This document shows positions 38,874 through 48,298 of a DNA stretch of 64,000 nt, piece after piece. The position numbers and the translations under genes were made by a program. Within the stretch, counting starts at the first letter, position 1, and each line of letters begins with the position of its first letter. Source of the DNA: Gemmatimonadota bacterium (GTDB lineage: Bacteria; Gemmatimonadota; Gemmatimonadetes; Palauibacterales; Palauibacteraceae); the NCBI GenBank assembly GCA_963666735.1, contig OY762926.1, positions 1,952,001 to 2,016,000 on the forward strand, given 5' to 3'. The notes under the pieces are model-generated. The model was not told the origin of the DNA and searched no databases. It saw only the letters and a program-made list of their open reading frames with translations.

Positions 38874-41137
38874 TGCGGAAGACCTATCGGATCGCCGGCA
38901 TGCACTGTGCCGGTTGCGTCGGCTCGGTGGAGAAGAGCCTCAACGCGGTCGACGGCGTGGAGGCTTCGGTGAGCCTGCCGGCCGAGTCGGCGACGCTGAC
39001 GTTCACCCGCGACGTGAGCTTCGAGGAACTCGCCGGCGCCGTGGAGGGGGCCGGCTACGAGATCGAACCCATCGCGGAGGCCGGCCGCGGGGAGGCCGAG
39101 CGTTCGCGCCTTGCGGAGACGGAGGCCCGCTCCCGCGAGGCGGGGCGGGCCATGTGGACCGCGTGGGCGCTCACCGTCCCGGCCATGGTGTGGATGCTGC
39201 CGGAGATGTTCGCCGGAGTGCGCTGGCCGTCGCCCCTCGTCTTCGACCTGGGCGTCACGCTGCTCGGGGCCGCCGTCCTCGCGGGCCCGGGGGGTCCGAC
39301 CCTGCGCAGCGCGTGGCGCTCGGCGCGCGGCCGGATGCCGAACATGGACGTCCTCATCGCGCTCGGGGCGGGCGTTTCCGTGCTCACGGGCGTGTGGGCC
39401 GTCCTTCACGTGCTCGGGTTCGCCCCGATGATCATGAACTTCGCTCCGGTGGGCGCGATGATCGCCGCCATCCACCTCACGGGACGATTCGTGGAGGCGA
39501 AGGCGCGCGGGCGTTCCTCATCGGCGATCCAGGCTCTGCTGTCGCTCGAGGCGCCGACGGCCCGCGTCGAGCGGGAGGGCGCCGAACTCGAGGTCCCGAC
39601 CCGCGAGGTCGCGGTGGGCGACGTGATGATCATCCGCCCGGGCGAGAAGATCCCGACGGACGGCGTCGTCCTCGAGGGGAGGAGCGCGGTCGATGAATCG
39701 CTCGCGACGGGCGAGTCGATCCCGGTCGAGAAGGAACCGGGGTCCGCCGTGCTCGGATCGACCGTCAATCACTCCGGAGCGCTCCGCGTGCGGGCGACGG
39801 GCGTGGGCGAGGACACGTTCCTGTCGAACGTCATCCGTCTCGTGGAGGAGGCGCAGGCGAGCAAGGTCCCGATCCAGGAGTTCGCGGACCGGGTGACCGC
39901 CATCTTCGTGCCCGTCATCCTCGTCGTCGCGCTGGCGGCCTTCGCGGGCTGGTTCGCGCTGCCCGGAGTCTTCGCGGACGCGGCGCGCTGGGCCTCGGGG
40001 TTCGTCCCGTGGGTGAACCCGGAGTTGGGCCGCCTCTCGCTCGCGCTCTACGCCGCCGTCGCGGTGCTCGTCATCGCCTGCCCGTGCGCGCTCGGGCTCG
40101 CCACCCCGACGGCGCTCATGGTCGGGACCGGCGTCGGAGCCACCCGCGGCGTCCTCATCCGGGACGGGGCCGCCGTTCAGACGCTGGACCGGGCGGACAC
40201 GCTCGTGTTCGACAAGACGGGCACCCTGACCCGCGGCGCCCCCCGCGTGGTCGAGATCTTCGCGGCCGGCGACCGTACGGCCGACACCGAGGCGCGCGTG
40301 ATCGAGCTCGCGGCCGCGGTCGAAGACAGGTCGGAGCATCCGCTCGCCCGCGCCATCGTCGACGAAGCGCGGATGCGCGGCATCCCCTTCTCCCGTGCGG
40401 CCGGCGTGGAGGCCCGCATCGGGATGGGCATCGTCGGCCACGTGGACGGCACCCCCGTCGTCGTGGGGAGCGCGCGGCTGCTGCGCGGAGAAGGCATCCC
40501 GGACGAGGACATCGCCCGGGTAGAGCGGCGTTTCGGCGACGACGCGCGCACGACCGCCTGGGTGGCCGCCGGCGGGCGGCTGCTCGGCGCGCTCGCGATC
40601 GCCGACCCGGTGAAGGAGGACGCGCGGGAAACCCTCCTCGAGCTGAGCCGCCGCGGCTTTAGGACCGTGATGCTGACCGGCGATCATGAAGCCGTGGCGG
40701 CCGCCGTCGCCGAGCATCTCGGCATCGACGACTTCCGGGCCGGGCTGCTCCCCGCCGACAAGGTCGAGGCCGTGCGGCAACTCCGCGCCGAGGGCCGTAC
40801 CGTGGCCTTCGTCGGCGACGGGATCAACGACGCCCCGGCCCTCAAGGCCGCCGACGTCGGCATCGCGGTGGGGACCGGCACCGACATCGCGATCGAAGCC
40901 GCAGACATCACCCTCGTGCAGGGAGATCTGCGCTCCGTACTGCGCGCGACGAAGCTCGCCCGCGCCACCTTCCGCAAGATCCGGGAGAACCTCTTCTGGG
41001 CCTACGTCTACAACGTTGTCGCGATTCCGGTCGCCTTCCTCGGCCTCCTCCACCCCGTCATCGCGGAGGCCGCGATGGCGCTGAGTTCGATCTCCGTCGT
41101 CACGAACGCGAACCGCCTCCGCCGCACCCGGCTGTAG
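38870..41137 (+). CDS. copA: Cu(I)-translocating P1B-type ATPase
   Basis: GMHCAGC, TGES, CPC, DKTGT, SEHP, GDGIND, YN, MALSS. Confidence 0.94.
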   Translation: MMRKTYRIAGMHCAGCVGSVEKSLNAVDGVEASVSLPAESATLTFTRDVSFEELAGAVEGAGYEIEPIAEAGRGEAERSRLAETEARSREAGRAMWTAWALTVPAMVWMLPEMFAGVRWPSPLVFDLGVTLLGAAVLAGPGGPTLRSAWRSARGRMPNMDVLIALGAGVSVLTGVWAVLHVLGFAPMIMNFAPVGAMIAAIHLTGRFVEAKARGRSSSAIQALLSLEAPTARVEREGAELEVPTREVAVGDVMIIRPGEKIPTDGVVLEGRSAVDESLATGESIPVEKEPGSAVLGSTVNHSGALRVRATGVGEDTFLSNVIRLVEEAQASKVPIQEFADRVTAIFVPVILVVALAAFAGWFALPGVFADAARWASGFVPWVNPELGRLSLALYAAVAVLVIACPCALGLATPTALMVGTGVGATRGVLIRDGAAVQTLDRADTLVFDKTGTLTRGAPRVVEIFAAGDRTADTEARVIELAAAVEDRSEHPLARAIVDEARMRGIPFSRAAGVEARIGMGIVGHVDGTPVVVGSARLLRGEGIPDEDIARVERRFGDDARTTAWVAAGGRLLGALAIADPVKEDARETLLELSRRGFRTVMLTGDHEAVAAAVAEHLGIDDFRAGLLPADKVEAVRQLRAEGRTVAFVGDGINDAPALKAADVGIAVGTGTDIAIEAADITLVQGDLRSVLRATKLARATFRKIRENLFWAYVYNVVAIPVAFLGLLHPVIAEAAMALSSISVVTNANRLRRTRL

Positions 41138-41252
41138 CGACCCGTTTCGGGTGACACCGCGTCATGCGCCGCGACGTTGCCTTCGCCGCTGCCGGGGCGC
41201 ATCATAGGCGCCGTCCGTTCGGGTTCATCCGTTTGCTTCAGAGAGAGGTTCG

Positions 41253-41594
41253 ATGGCCTCACGCTGGGTCGGTCTCGCGTTGGGACTCTGGTTCCTGGGC
41301 GCCCCGTTCATCTGGGGATATCCGTTCGGTTTCCTGTGGTGGCACAGCGTGGTGCTCGGCGGTTCCATCCTCGTCGTCACCATCACCTTCAACCTCGGCA
41401 TCAACCGGATCAGCGGGTGGGGACTCATCGCCCTCGGTGCCTACAGCATGCTGTCGCCCTTCATCCACGGGTATCTCGCGAACGCGCAGGCCCTGTTCAA
41501 CGACCTCATCTTCGGCGTCATCACCGTGGGCACCGGCACCGCGATGGGCGGGGCGGGGATCGAACACTCGGACGAGGCGCACAGCGCCGCCTGA
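41253..41594 (+). CDS. Small membrane protein, SPW-repeat-like
   Basis: GAGG RBS; LGLWFLGAPFIWGY and LGAYSMLSPFIHGY repeats; four hydrophobic segments. Confidence 0.7.
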   Translation: MASRWVGLALGLWFLGAPFIWGYPFGFLWWHSVVLGGSILVVTITFNLGINRISGWGLIALGAYSMLSPFIHGYLANAQALFNDLIFGVITVGTGTAMGGAGIEHSDEAHSAA

Positions 41595-41659
41595 CCCCGC
41601 GGACGTTCCCGCGGGAACGCGCGTTACCCGGACTCCAATCCCAGCGCCCGCACGAAAGT

Positions 41660-42040
41660 ACCGTGGGACACCGGGACGGTGGCGCCCGCATCTGCAGGTT
41701 CGACACGAAGTGTGACAGCCGGATGAATCCCCCACGTCGCGTGCTGACCCATTCGGGCTTGAAGTACGTGCCCCAGCCCTCCTCCAGCCGGTCGTAGAAG
41801 CCCGTCTCGACCAGGCGGAGCGGCCGACCCTCGACATCCACGTTCAGCGGTTCCACCTCCACCGGGTCGAGCGACAGCCGCACATCGAGCGGGGTCGGCC
41901 CCTCGGCCCCCACCTCCAGCGGCACGCTGTACGCGGCGAAGCCGGTGCGGCGCACGCCGGGCACATACTCGCCCGGCGCGATGCCCTCGAAGGCGAAGGC
42001 GCCGCCCGGGCCGGTAACGGTCTCCGCCACCACGACGTCC
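41660..42040 (-). pseudogene. Fragment of a carboxypeptidase-regulatory-like domain protein
   Basis: TGPGGAFAFEGIAPGEY..RRTGF..DPVEVEPLNV..LVETGFYDR; no signal peptide or proper start, degrades at the 3' end. Confidence 0.6.
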
Positions 42041-42070
42041 GCTCCCGCTGTACGGATTCGGTCGGTCGGG

Positions 42071-43276
42071 CTAGGCTCCGAACTTCGCGAGGCGACCGGC
42101 GCTGGCCGCCGCGAGACGCATGAGGTCGCAGCCTCGGACGCGGCCGTGGGCGCCGGTGCGGCAGGCGGTTTCGCCGAACGTGGTGGGGTCGTCGCTGCGG
42201 GCCGGGCCGCCGTGGAGGAGGAAGGGCACCGGGTGCCAGCTGTGGCTGCGCATGATGGAGGGGGTCGAGTGGTCGCCGGTCACGAGGATGACATCGGGTC
42301 CCGCGCCGACGAGGTCCGGCACGATGGCGTCCGCCTCCTCGATGGCGGCTACCTTGCGGTCGAAGTCGCCGTCTTCTCCGGCCTTGTCGGGAGGCTTGAA
42401 GTGGAGGAAGAAGAAATCGTGCTCGGCGAACCGCGCCCGGAGGGCGTCCACGAGCGGTTGCGCGCCGGCGGCCGCCGTGCGCGCGTCCATGCCGACGAGC
42501 CGCGCGACGCCGCGGTACATGGGGTACGCGGCGGCGGCGGCGGCCCGCATGCCGAATACGTCGCCGAAGCGGGGCCAGTCGGGCTGGCTGGAGACGCCGC
42601 GCAGGAGCGCCATGTTCGCCCACGGCTGGTCGGCGAGCCGTTCGCTCGCCGCTTCGAGCCACGCCGCGAGGAGCCGCGCCGTCGGTTCGGACTCTGCGTT
42701 CCGCGCCGCGGGGGCGTGGGGCGGCCGTCCGGTCCGGCCGGGGTCGGTGTCGTTCACCGCGTCGCCCGCCGGGGCGTCCGGGTGCAGGACGAGGACGAAG
42801 CGGTGTTCCTTCACGTGGCGCACGGAGCAGCGGGCGCCGTCGAGCGGGATGCGGTCGAGCCGGGCGGCCAGGGGGGCGGCTTCCTCGCACGGGATGCGGC
42901 CCGCGCGGCGGTCGGTCACCCGGCCCCGGGCGTCGAGGGTGCAGAAGTTGGCGCGCACGGCGATGTCGCCCGGTCCGAGCGGGAATTCGAGGCCGAGGGC
43001 TTCGAGCACGCCGCGGCCGGTCTCGTACACGAGGGGATCGTAGCCGAACAGGGCCAGGTGGCCGGGGCCGCTGCCCGGGGTGATGCCCGGCGCCACGGGA
43101 TCGTGGAGGCCGCACGTCCCGGCGCGGGCGAGTTCGTCGAAGTGCGGCGTGCGCGCGGCCTCGAGTTCGGTCGGGCCCCCGGCCTCGCGCGGCAGCCCGC
43201 CCAGCCCGTCGAGCACGTAGAGCAGCACTTTGCCCCCGCCACCCCCGGCGAGACGGGCGATCCGGTCGAGTTCCAT
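42071..43276 (-). CDS. apgM: Cofactor-independent phosphoglycerate mutase, ApgM type
   Basis: VLDGLGGLP, TELEAARTP, PGSGPGHLALFGYDP, GRGVLEA, DRRAGRI, DKAGEDG, TGDHSTP, HSWHPVP. Confidence 0.9.
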   Translation of the reverse strand: MELDRIARLAGGGGGKVLLYVLDGLGGLPREAGGPTELEAARTPHFDELARAGTCGLHDPVAPGITPGSGPGHLALFGYDPLVYETGRGVLEALGLEFPLGPGDIAVRANFCTLDARGRVTDRRAGRIPCEEAAPLAARLDRIPLDGARCSVRHVKEHRFVLVLHPDAPAGDAVNDTDPGRTGRPPHAPAARNAESEPTARLLAAWLEAASERLADQPWANMALLRGVSSQPDWPRFGDVFGMRAAAAAAYPMYRGVARLVGMDARTAAAGAQPLVDALRARFAEHDFFFLHFKPPDKAGEDGDFDRKVAAIEEADAIVPDLVGAGPDVILVTGDHSTPSIMRSHSWHPVPFLLHGGPARSDDPTTFGETACRTGAHGRVRGCDLMRLAAASAGRLAKFGA

Positions 43277-43410
43277 GCGGCGGAACGTATGAGCGCCCCC
43301 GGTGGCGGGCCAGCAAACGGAGAGGGCGTGTCGGCAGTCCCGGACCATCGCGGGGCGGGGCCGGATGCGCGCGGCGGTCTGCCGCACGCGCGCGGTCGCG
43401 GAGCGCGGCC

Positions 43411-44061
43411 GTGAGTACCGCGGTCGCCGCGGAGGGCGTCACCCGGCGCTTCGGGCGGCGCTGGGCGCTGCGCGGGGTCGATCTCGCCGTGCCCCGCGGC
43501 GCGGTCGTCGCGCTGCTCGGCGCCAACGGGACGGGCAAGACGACGCTCCTCCGCCTCATCTCGACGCTGCTCAAACCGACGGCCGGCCGGATGGAGGTGC
43601 TGGGTCACACCCTCCCGGCGGGCGGTGACGAGATCCGGACGGGCGCCGCGTTCATGACGGCCGGCGGGCATGCGTACGAGGAGCTGACGGGGGCCGAGAA
43701 CCTGCGCTTCGCGGCCCGCATGTCCGGGACGGCGACCACGGACGACGGCCTGCGCGACGCGCTGGCCGCAGTCGAACTGGGCGGGGCGGCGGACGTCCCC
43801 GTGCGCGCCTGGTCGACCGGGATGCGGAGGCGCCTCGAACTGGCCCGGCTCCGGCTCCGTCCGCTGGAACTGGTGCTGCTCGACGAACCCTTCGTGAGCC
43901 TGGACGAGGACGGCGTGGGACTCGTGCACGAGGCGGTCCGCCGGTGGCGCGACGCCGGCACCGCCGTGGTCATCGCCTCGCACCGGGTCGAGGACGCGAC
44001 CCTGCACGCCGACGAAGTCGTGCGGCTGGCGGGCGGGCGGGCGGCCCCCGCGACCCCGTGA
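43411..44061 (+). CDS. ccmA: Heme exporter ATP-binding protein CcmA
   Basis: GANGTGKTT, ENLRF, STGMRRR, LLDEPF; precedes ccmB and ccmC. Confidence 0.88.
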   Translation: MSTAVAAEGVTRRFGRRWALRGVDLAVPRGAVVALLGANGTGKTTLLRLISTLLKPTAGRMEVLGHTLPAGGDEIRTGAAFMTAGGHAYEELTGAENLRFAARMSGTATTDDGLRDALAAVELGGAADVPVRAWSTGMRRRLELARLRLRPLELVLLDEPFVSLDEDGVGLVHEAVRRWRDAGTAVVIASHRVEDATLHADEVVRLAGGRAAPATP

Positions 44062-44738
44062 GCACGCTCGCGCGGCGAGCCGCCGCCATCCTGTGGAAGG
44101 ACATCCTCTCGGAGACCCGCACGCGGCAGGGCTTCACGGCGATGCTCTCCTTCGCCGCGCTCGTCCTCTTCATGTTCAGCTTCGCCATCGGGGTGGAGAA
44201 CGACCTGCTCGGACGGCTGGCGGGGGGTCTGCTCTGGGTCGCGATCGTCTTCACCGGCACCCTCTCCCTGGGCCGGACCTTCCAGAACGAGGAACTCGCG
44301 GGCGGGTCCCGCCTGCTGCGGCTCTATCCCGGCGACGTGCGCGCCATCTATCTGGGCAAGCTGGCCGGAAACCTCGTCGTGCTCGCCGCGCTCGAGGTCG
44401 TCCTCTTCCCCGCCGCCGCGATCCTGTACCAGGTCGACTTCACCGCGCAGGCCGGCCCGCTCATCCTCGTGGCCGCCCTCGGCACCTTCGGTTTCTCCGT
44501 CATCGGGACCTTCTTCTCCGCGCTCACCGTCCACCTGCGGGCGCGTGAACTCCTGCTGCCGCTCCTCCTCTTCCCCGCCCTCGTCCCGGTCGTCCTCGGG
44601 AGCGTCGGCGCCACGGAGGCGTTCCTCGCCGGCGACCCGCTCGGGCGGGCCGGCGGGTGGCTGAGGTTACTCGCGTCCTACGACGTGATACTGTTCGTGG
44701 TCTGTCTGTGGGTCTTCCCCGTCATCCTCGAGGAGTGA
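44058..44738 (+). CDS. ccmB: Heme exporter permease CcmB
   Basis: ILWKD..E.R, GLLWV, IYLGK, RELLLPLLLFPALVP; GTG start overlaps the ccmA stop. Confidence 0.9.
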   Translation: MSTLARRAAAILWKDILSETRTRQGFTAMLSFAALVLFMFSFAIGVENDLLGRLAGGLLWVAIVFTGTLSLGRTFQNEELAGGSRLLRLYPGDVRAIYLGKLAGNLVVLAALEVVLFPAAAILYQVDFTAQAGPLILVAALGTFGFSVIGTFFSALTVHLRARELLLPLLLFPALVPVVLGSVGATEAFLAGDPLGRAGGWLRLLASYDVILFVVCLWVFPVILEE

Positions 44739-44748
44739 TGCGGATCTC

Positions 44749-45408
44749 ATGAACAAACTGGCACTGCTGGGGTGGATGGCGATCGTCCTCATCGCCGTCG
44801 GCAGCATGCTCGGACTCGTCGTGCTGCCCGCCGACGCGCTGCAGGGCGAGGTCCAGCGCCTCCTCTACGTCCACGTGCCGGTTGCGTGGGTGATGATGCT
44901 CGCGTTCTTCGTCGTCTTCCTGATGAGCATCCTCTATCTCGTGCAGCGCCGGCTGAAATGGGATCTTCTCGCGGTCTCCGCCGCGGAACTCGGGGTGCTC
45001 GGCGCCGTCCTCACCCTCATCCTCGGCACGCTGTGGGGCCGGCCCACGTGGGGGATCTGGTGGGCGTGGGACCCGCGAATCACGACCACGGCGCTCCTCG
45101 TACCCATCTACACGGGGTACCTCGTCGTGCGATCGATGACGGAGGATCCCGAGCAGCGGGCGCGCTGGGCGGCCGTCATCGGTCTCATCGCGTTCGTCCA
45201 GGTTCCGATCGTGTACCTGTCGGTATTCTGGTGGCGGAGCCTGCACCAGCCCCCATCGTCCCCGCAATCGATGTGGAGCGCGTACGGGCTCGTGATGCTG
45301 CTCGGATTCGTCGCATACACGCTCGCGTTCGCGTACCTGTGGCTGCGGCGATACCGGCTGGCCGCAACGGAACTCGAACTCGAACTGTCGGGACCGGAGG
45401 AAGGGTGA
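44749..45408 (+). CDS. ccmC: Heme exporter CcmC
   Basis: YVHVP, WGRPTWGIWWAWDPRIT (WWD motif), SVFWWRSLHQ. Confidence 0.93.
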   Translation: MNKLALLGWMAIVLIAVGSMLGLVVLPADALQGEVQRLLYVHVPVAWVMMLAFFVVFLMSILYLVQRRLKWDLLAVSAAELGVLGAVLTLILGTLWGRPTWGIWWAWDPRITTTALLVPIYTGYLVVRSMTEDPEQRARWAAVIGLIAFVQVPIVYLSVFWWRSLHQPPSSPQSMWSAYGLVMLLGFVAYTLAFAYLWLRRYRLAATELELELSGPEEG

Positions 45409-45415
45409 AGCGGGT

Positions 45416-45568
45416 ATGAACGATCACTGGCTCTTTATCGGCGCCGGATACGGCATCGCCTGGGCCACTCTCGGCTGGTATCTCCTCCGCCTGAGACGCC
45501 GGGAACGCACGGCGGCCGCGGCGTCGCGCGGGGCCGGCGTGGGAGCCCGAGCGGGGGGTCCGGGGTAG
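45416..45568 (+). CDS. ccmD: Heme exporter protein CcmD (50 aa, below ORF track cutoff)
   Basis: MNDHWLFIGAGYGIAWATLGWYLLRLRRRER...: single TM with Tyr, then a basic stretch, 7 bp after ccmC. Confidence 0.75.
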   Translation: MNDHWLFIGAGYGIAWATLGWYLLRLRRRERTAAAASRGAGVGARAGGPG

Positions 45569-45727
45569 AAGCAGTCCGGAAAACGTGCGGTTTACTCCGA
45601 TTTCCTCTATTATTTCAAGTTTGTATCAAGAGCGATCGGATCGAACCGTGGCGGGGCGGAGTTCCGGTTGGCCCACCCCGCGGCGATGGTTTTCGACAAC
45701 CGACCCGGGTCAGGATTCGGATCTAAT

Positions 45728-46618
45728 ATGGCGAAGACGGCCACAAGCCGACGCATGTTCTTCGACACGCACGCGCTCGACTCGTTCGACCAGTATCTGC
45801 AGGATGTCGAGCGCTATCCGCTCATCGAGAGCCCGCAGATCGAGCGGGAGATCGCGCGGAAAGCGCGGGCCGGCGACCGTCACGCGGCCGAGCGCCTCGT
45901 CACGGCGAACCTCCGGTTCGTGATCTCGTACGTGAAGAAGTACCAGGGCCGGGGGCTCAACCTGGCCGAACTCGTCTGTATCGGGAACGAGGGCCTGCTC
46001 AAGGCCGTCAAGAAGTTCGATCCCGACAAGGGCGTGAAGTTCATCTCGTACGCGGTGTGGTGGATTCGGCAGACGGTGCTGCAGGCGCTGGCCGAACAGA
46101 CCCGCTCCGTACGCATCCCGCTGAACCAGAACTCCAATCTCGTCAAGCTCTCCCGGACCGAGACGGCGCTCACCCAGAAGCTGGGACGCTCGCCGACGGA
46201 CCGTGAGATCGCCGAGGAGATGGAGGAGCCGGTGGAGACGGTGCGCGCGCTGCGGCGCGTGGCCTCCGCGGAACTCAGCCTCGACGCGCCGCTCGACAAG
46301 TCGGACCGCGACAGCGCGTCGTTCGGCGAGCGTTTCTCGGGGATGGACGACGCGGACATCGAGGAGGATGTCGAGGACCAGGCCCGGCGGGAGTTCCTCG
46401 AGAAGATGTTCGAGCGCTACCTCACCGAGCGCGAGCGGAAGATCCTCGTCCTCTACTACGGCCTCGACGACGGCGAGGAGATGACGCTGGAGGAGATCGG
46501 TTCGCTCCTCGGCGTGACCCGCGAGCGCATCCGGCAGATCCGGAACCGGGCCTTCGACAAGCTGCGTGCCTCGCCGGACGGAGAGGCCCTGGAAGGGTTC
46601 TGGCGCGCGACCGCCTGA
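45728..46618 (+). CDS. RpoD/RpoS-family sigma-70 factor lacking region 1.1
   Basis: DQYLQDV, LVTANLRFV, GNEGLLKAVKKFD, FISYAVWWIRQ, SLDAP, TLEEIG..GVTRERIRQI. Confidence 0.93.
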   Translation: MAKTATSRRMFFDTHALDSFDQYLQDVERYPLIESPQIEREIARKARAGDRHAAERLVTANLRFVISYVKKYQGRGLNLAELVCIGNEGLLKAVKKFDPDKGVKFISYAVWWIRQTVLQALAEQTRSVRIPLNQNSNLVKLSRTETALTQKLGRSPTDREIAEEMEEPVETVRALRRVASAELSLDAPLDKSDRDSASFGERFSGMDDADIEEDVEDQARREFLEKMFERYLTERERKILVLYYGLDDGEEMTLEEIGSLLGVTRERIRQIRNRAFDKLRASPDGEALEGFWRATA

Positions 46619-46670
46619 AACCGCGGGGGCCGCCGGCCCCCGGCCCCGCACCATTCGCCGGAGTGTCGAC

Positions 46671-48239
46671 ATGACGCGCCATCGTTCGAGATTCGGCCTC
46701 CTGATCCCGCTCGTCCCGCTGCTGTTCGGTCCCGCCGCGGGCGTGCACGCGCAGTCCGGGGCCGACGTGGCGCGCTCGTACCGGGAGGCCAACGAAGCGC
46801 AGATTCTGCGGGACTTCGCCGAACTCCTGACCTATCCCAACCGCGCCCGCGATCTGGAGGACGTGACGCGGGCGGCGGAGTACATCCGCGACGAGTTGCG
46901 GGCGGCGGGCGTCACGTCGGAGTTGCTCGGCATCGACGGCGTCGCGCCTCTCGTGTACGGCGAACTGCGGACACCGGACGCGGAGCGGACGCTCGGAATC
47001 TACGTCCACTACGACGGGCAGCCGGTGGATCCCCGGAACTGGACCCACCCTCCCTTCGAGCCGACGCTGTACACGGCGTCGATGGAGGTGGGCGGGACGC
47101 CGCGCGACTTCCCGGAGGCCGGTGAGGCGGTGGACCCGGAGTGGCGGATCTACGCGCGTTCCGCGGGGGACGACAAGGCCCCGATCGCCGCGCTTCTGCC
47201 CGTGCTGCGGGCGTTCCGGGATGAGGGCATCCAGCCGACATCGAACCTGGTCTTCTTCTTCGACGGGGAGGAGGAAGCGGGGTCGAGGCACCTGGGCCAG
47301 TACATGGAGATGGCGGCGGACCGCATCGAGGACATCGACGTGTGGCTCTTTTTCGACGGGCCCGCGCACCAGAGCGGGCGTCCGCAGCTCACCTTCGGCG
47401 TGCGGGGCTCCATGGGGATGGAAGTCACGGTCTTCGGGGCCACCCGCAACCTCCATTCCGGCCACTACGGGAACTGGGCGCCCGACACCGGGAACATCCT
47501 CGCCCGGCTCCTCGCCTCGATGAAGGACGAGTCCGGGCGGGTCCTCATCGAGGGCTGGTACGACACGGTCGAGCCGCTGGGAGCCGAGGAACGGGCCGCG
47601 CTCGAGGCGATGCCGCCGGTCGACGGCGCGCTCAAGCGGGAGATGGGGGTAATGCGGACCGAGGGCGAGCCGGAGACGCTGTCGGAACGGATCCTCCTCC
47701 CGGCGCTCAACATCCGCGGCCTCACGAGCGGCAACACCGGCGCGCTGGCCCGGAACATCATTCCCAACACGGCCGTCGCCGCGCTGGGAATCCGGCTCGT
47801 GAAGGGCAACGAGGCGGCCCATCTGCGGCAACTCGTCGCCGATCACATCGAAGGGCAGGGCTTCCACGTCGTGTCGGAGGACCCGGACATGGAGACCCGG
47901 CTCCGGTATCCGCGCATCGCCAAGGTCACGGGGGGCGGCGGCTATCCCGCGGCCCGCACGTCGATGGACGATCCGTTCGTGCAGGAGATCATCACGGCGG
48001 CCTCGGCGGCGGCGGATCGCGCGTTCGGGCCGGGGTCGCTCGTCCTCGCGCCCGGCCTGGGCGGCACCCTGCCCCTCTACCTGTTCACCGACGTGGCGGG
48101 AAAGCCCGCCGTGAACGTCCCGGTCGCGAACCACGACAACAACCAGCACGCGCCAGACGAGAACCTGCGCGTCGCCAACCTCTGGTACGCGATCGACCTC
48201 TACGCGGCGCTCCTGACCATGCCGATCACGGCCTTCTGA
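46671..48239 (+). CDS. Secreted M20/M25/M40 metallo-hydrolase
   Basis: Signal peptide, HYDGQP, ARSAGDDK, DGEEEAGS, LHSGHYGN, NQHAPDEN. Confidence 0.88.
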   Translation: MTRHRSRFGLLIPLVPLLFGPAAGVHAQSGADVARSYREANEAQILRDFAELLTYPNRARDLEDVTRAAEYIRDELRAAGVTSELLGIDGVAPLVYGELRTPDAERTLGIYVHYDGQPVDPRNWTHPPFEPTLYTASMEVGGTPRDFPEAGEAVDPEWRIYARSAGDDKAPIAALLPVLRAFRDEGIQPTSNLVFFFDGEEEAGSRHLGQYMEMAADRIEDIDVWLFFDGPAHQSGRPQLTFGVRGSMGMEVTVFGATRNLHSGHYGNWAPDTGNILARLLASMKDESGRVLIEGWYDTVEPLGAEERAALEAMPPVDGALKREMGVMRTEGEPETLSERILLPALNIRGLTSGNTGALARNIIPNTAVAALGIRLVKGNEAAHLRQLVADHIEGQGFHVVSEDPDMETRLRYPRIAKVTGGGGYPAARTSMDDPFVQEIITAASAAADRAFGPGSLVLAPGLGGTLPLYLFTDVAGKPAVNVPVANHDNNQHAPDENLRVANLWYAIDLYAALLTMPITAF

Positions 48240-48251
48240 AACACCCGGTAT

Positions 48252-48277
48252 CCGACACCCGACACCCGACACCCGAC
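48252..48277. repeat. Intergenic heptamer tandem repeat (CCGACAC)x3 plus a partial copy
   Basis: ccgacac ccgacac ccgacac ccgac. Confidence 0.85.
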
Positions 48278-48298
48278 CCTCTGACCGGAGCCGGTCCC

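Noticed and set aside
41604..41619. Perfect 16-bp palindrome CGTTCCCGCGGGAACG as a terminator
   Set aside because: No loop or U-tract; GC-rich palindromes arise easily here.
46625..46641. GC hairpin after the sigma factor gene
   Set aside because: No U-tract, so it cannot be supported as an intrinsic terminator.
48252..48277. Heptamer repeat as CRISPR or iteron
   Set aside because: No spacers, too short, and no cas or rep genes.
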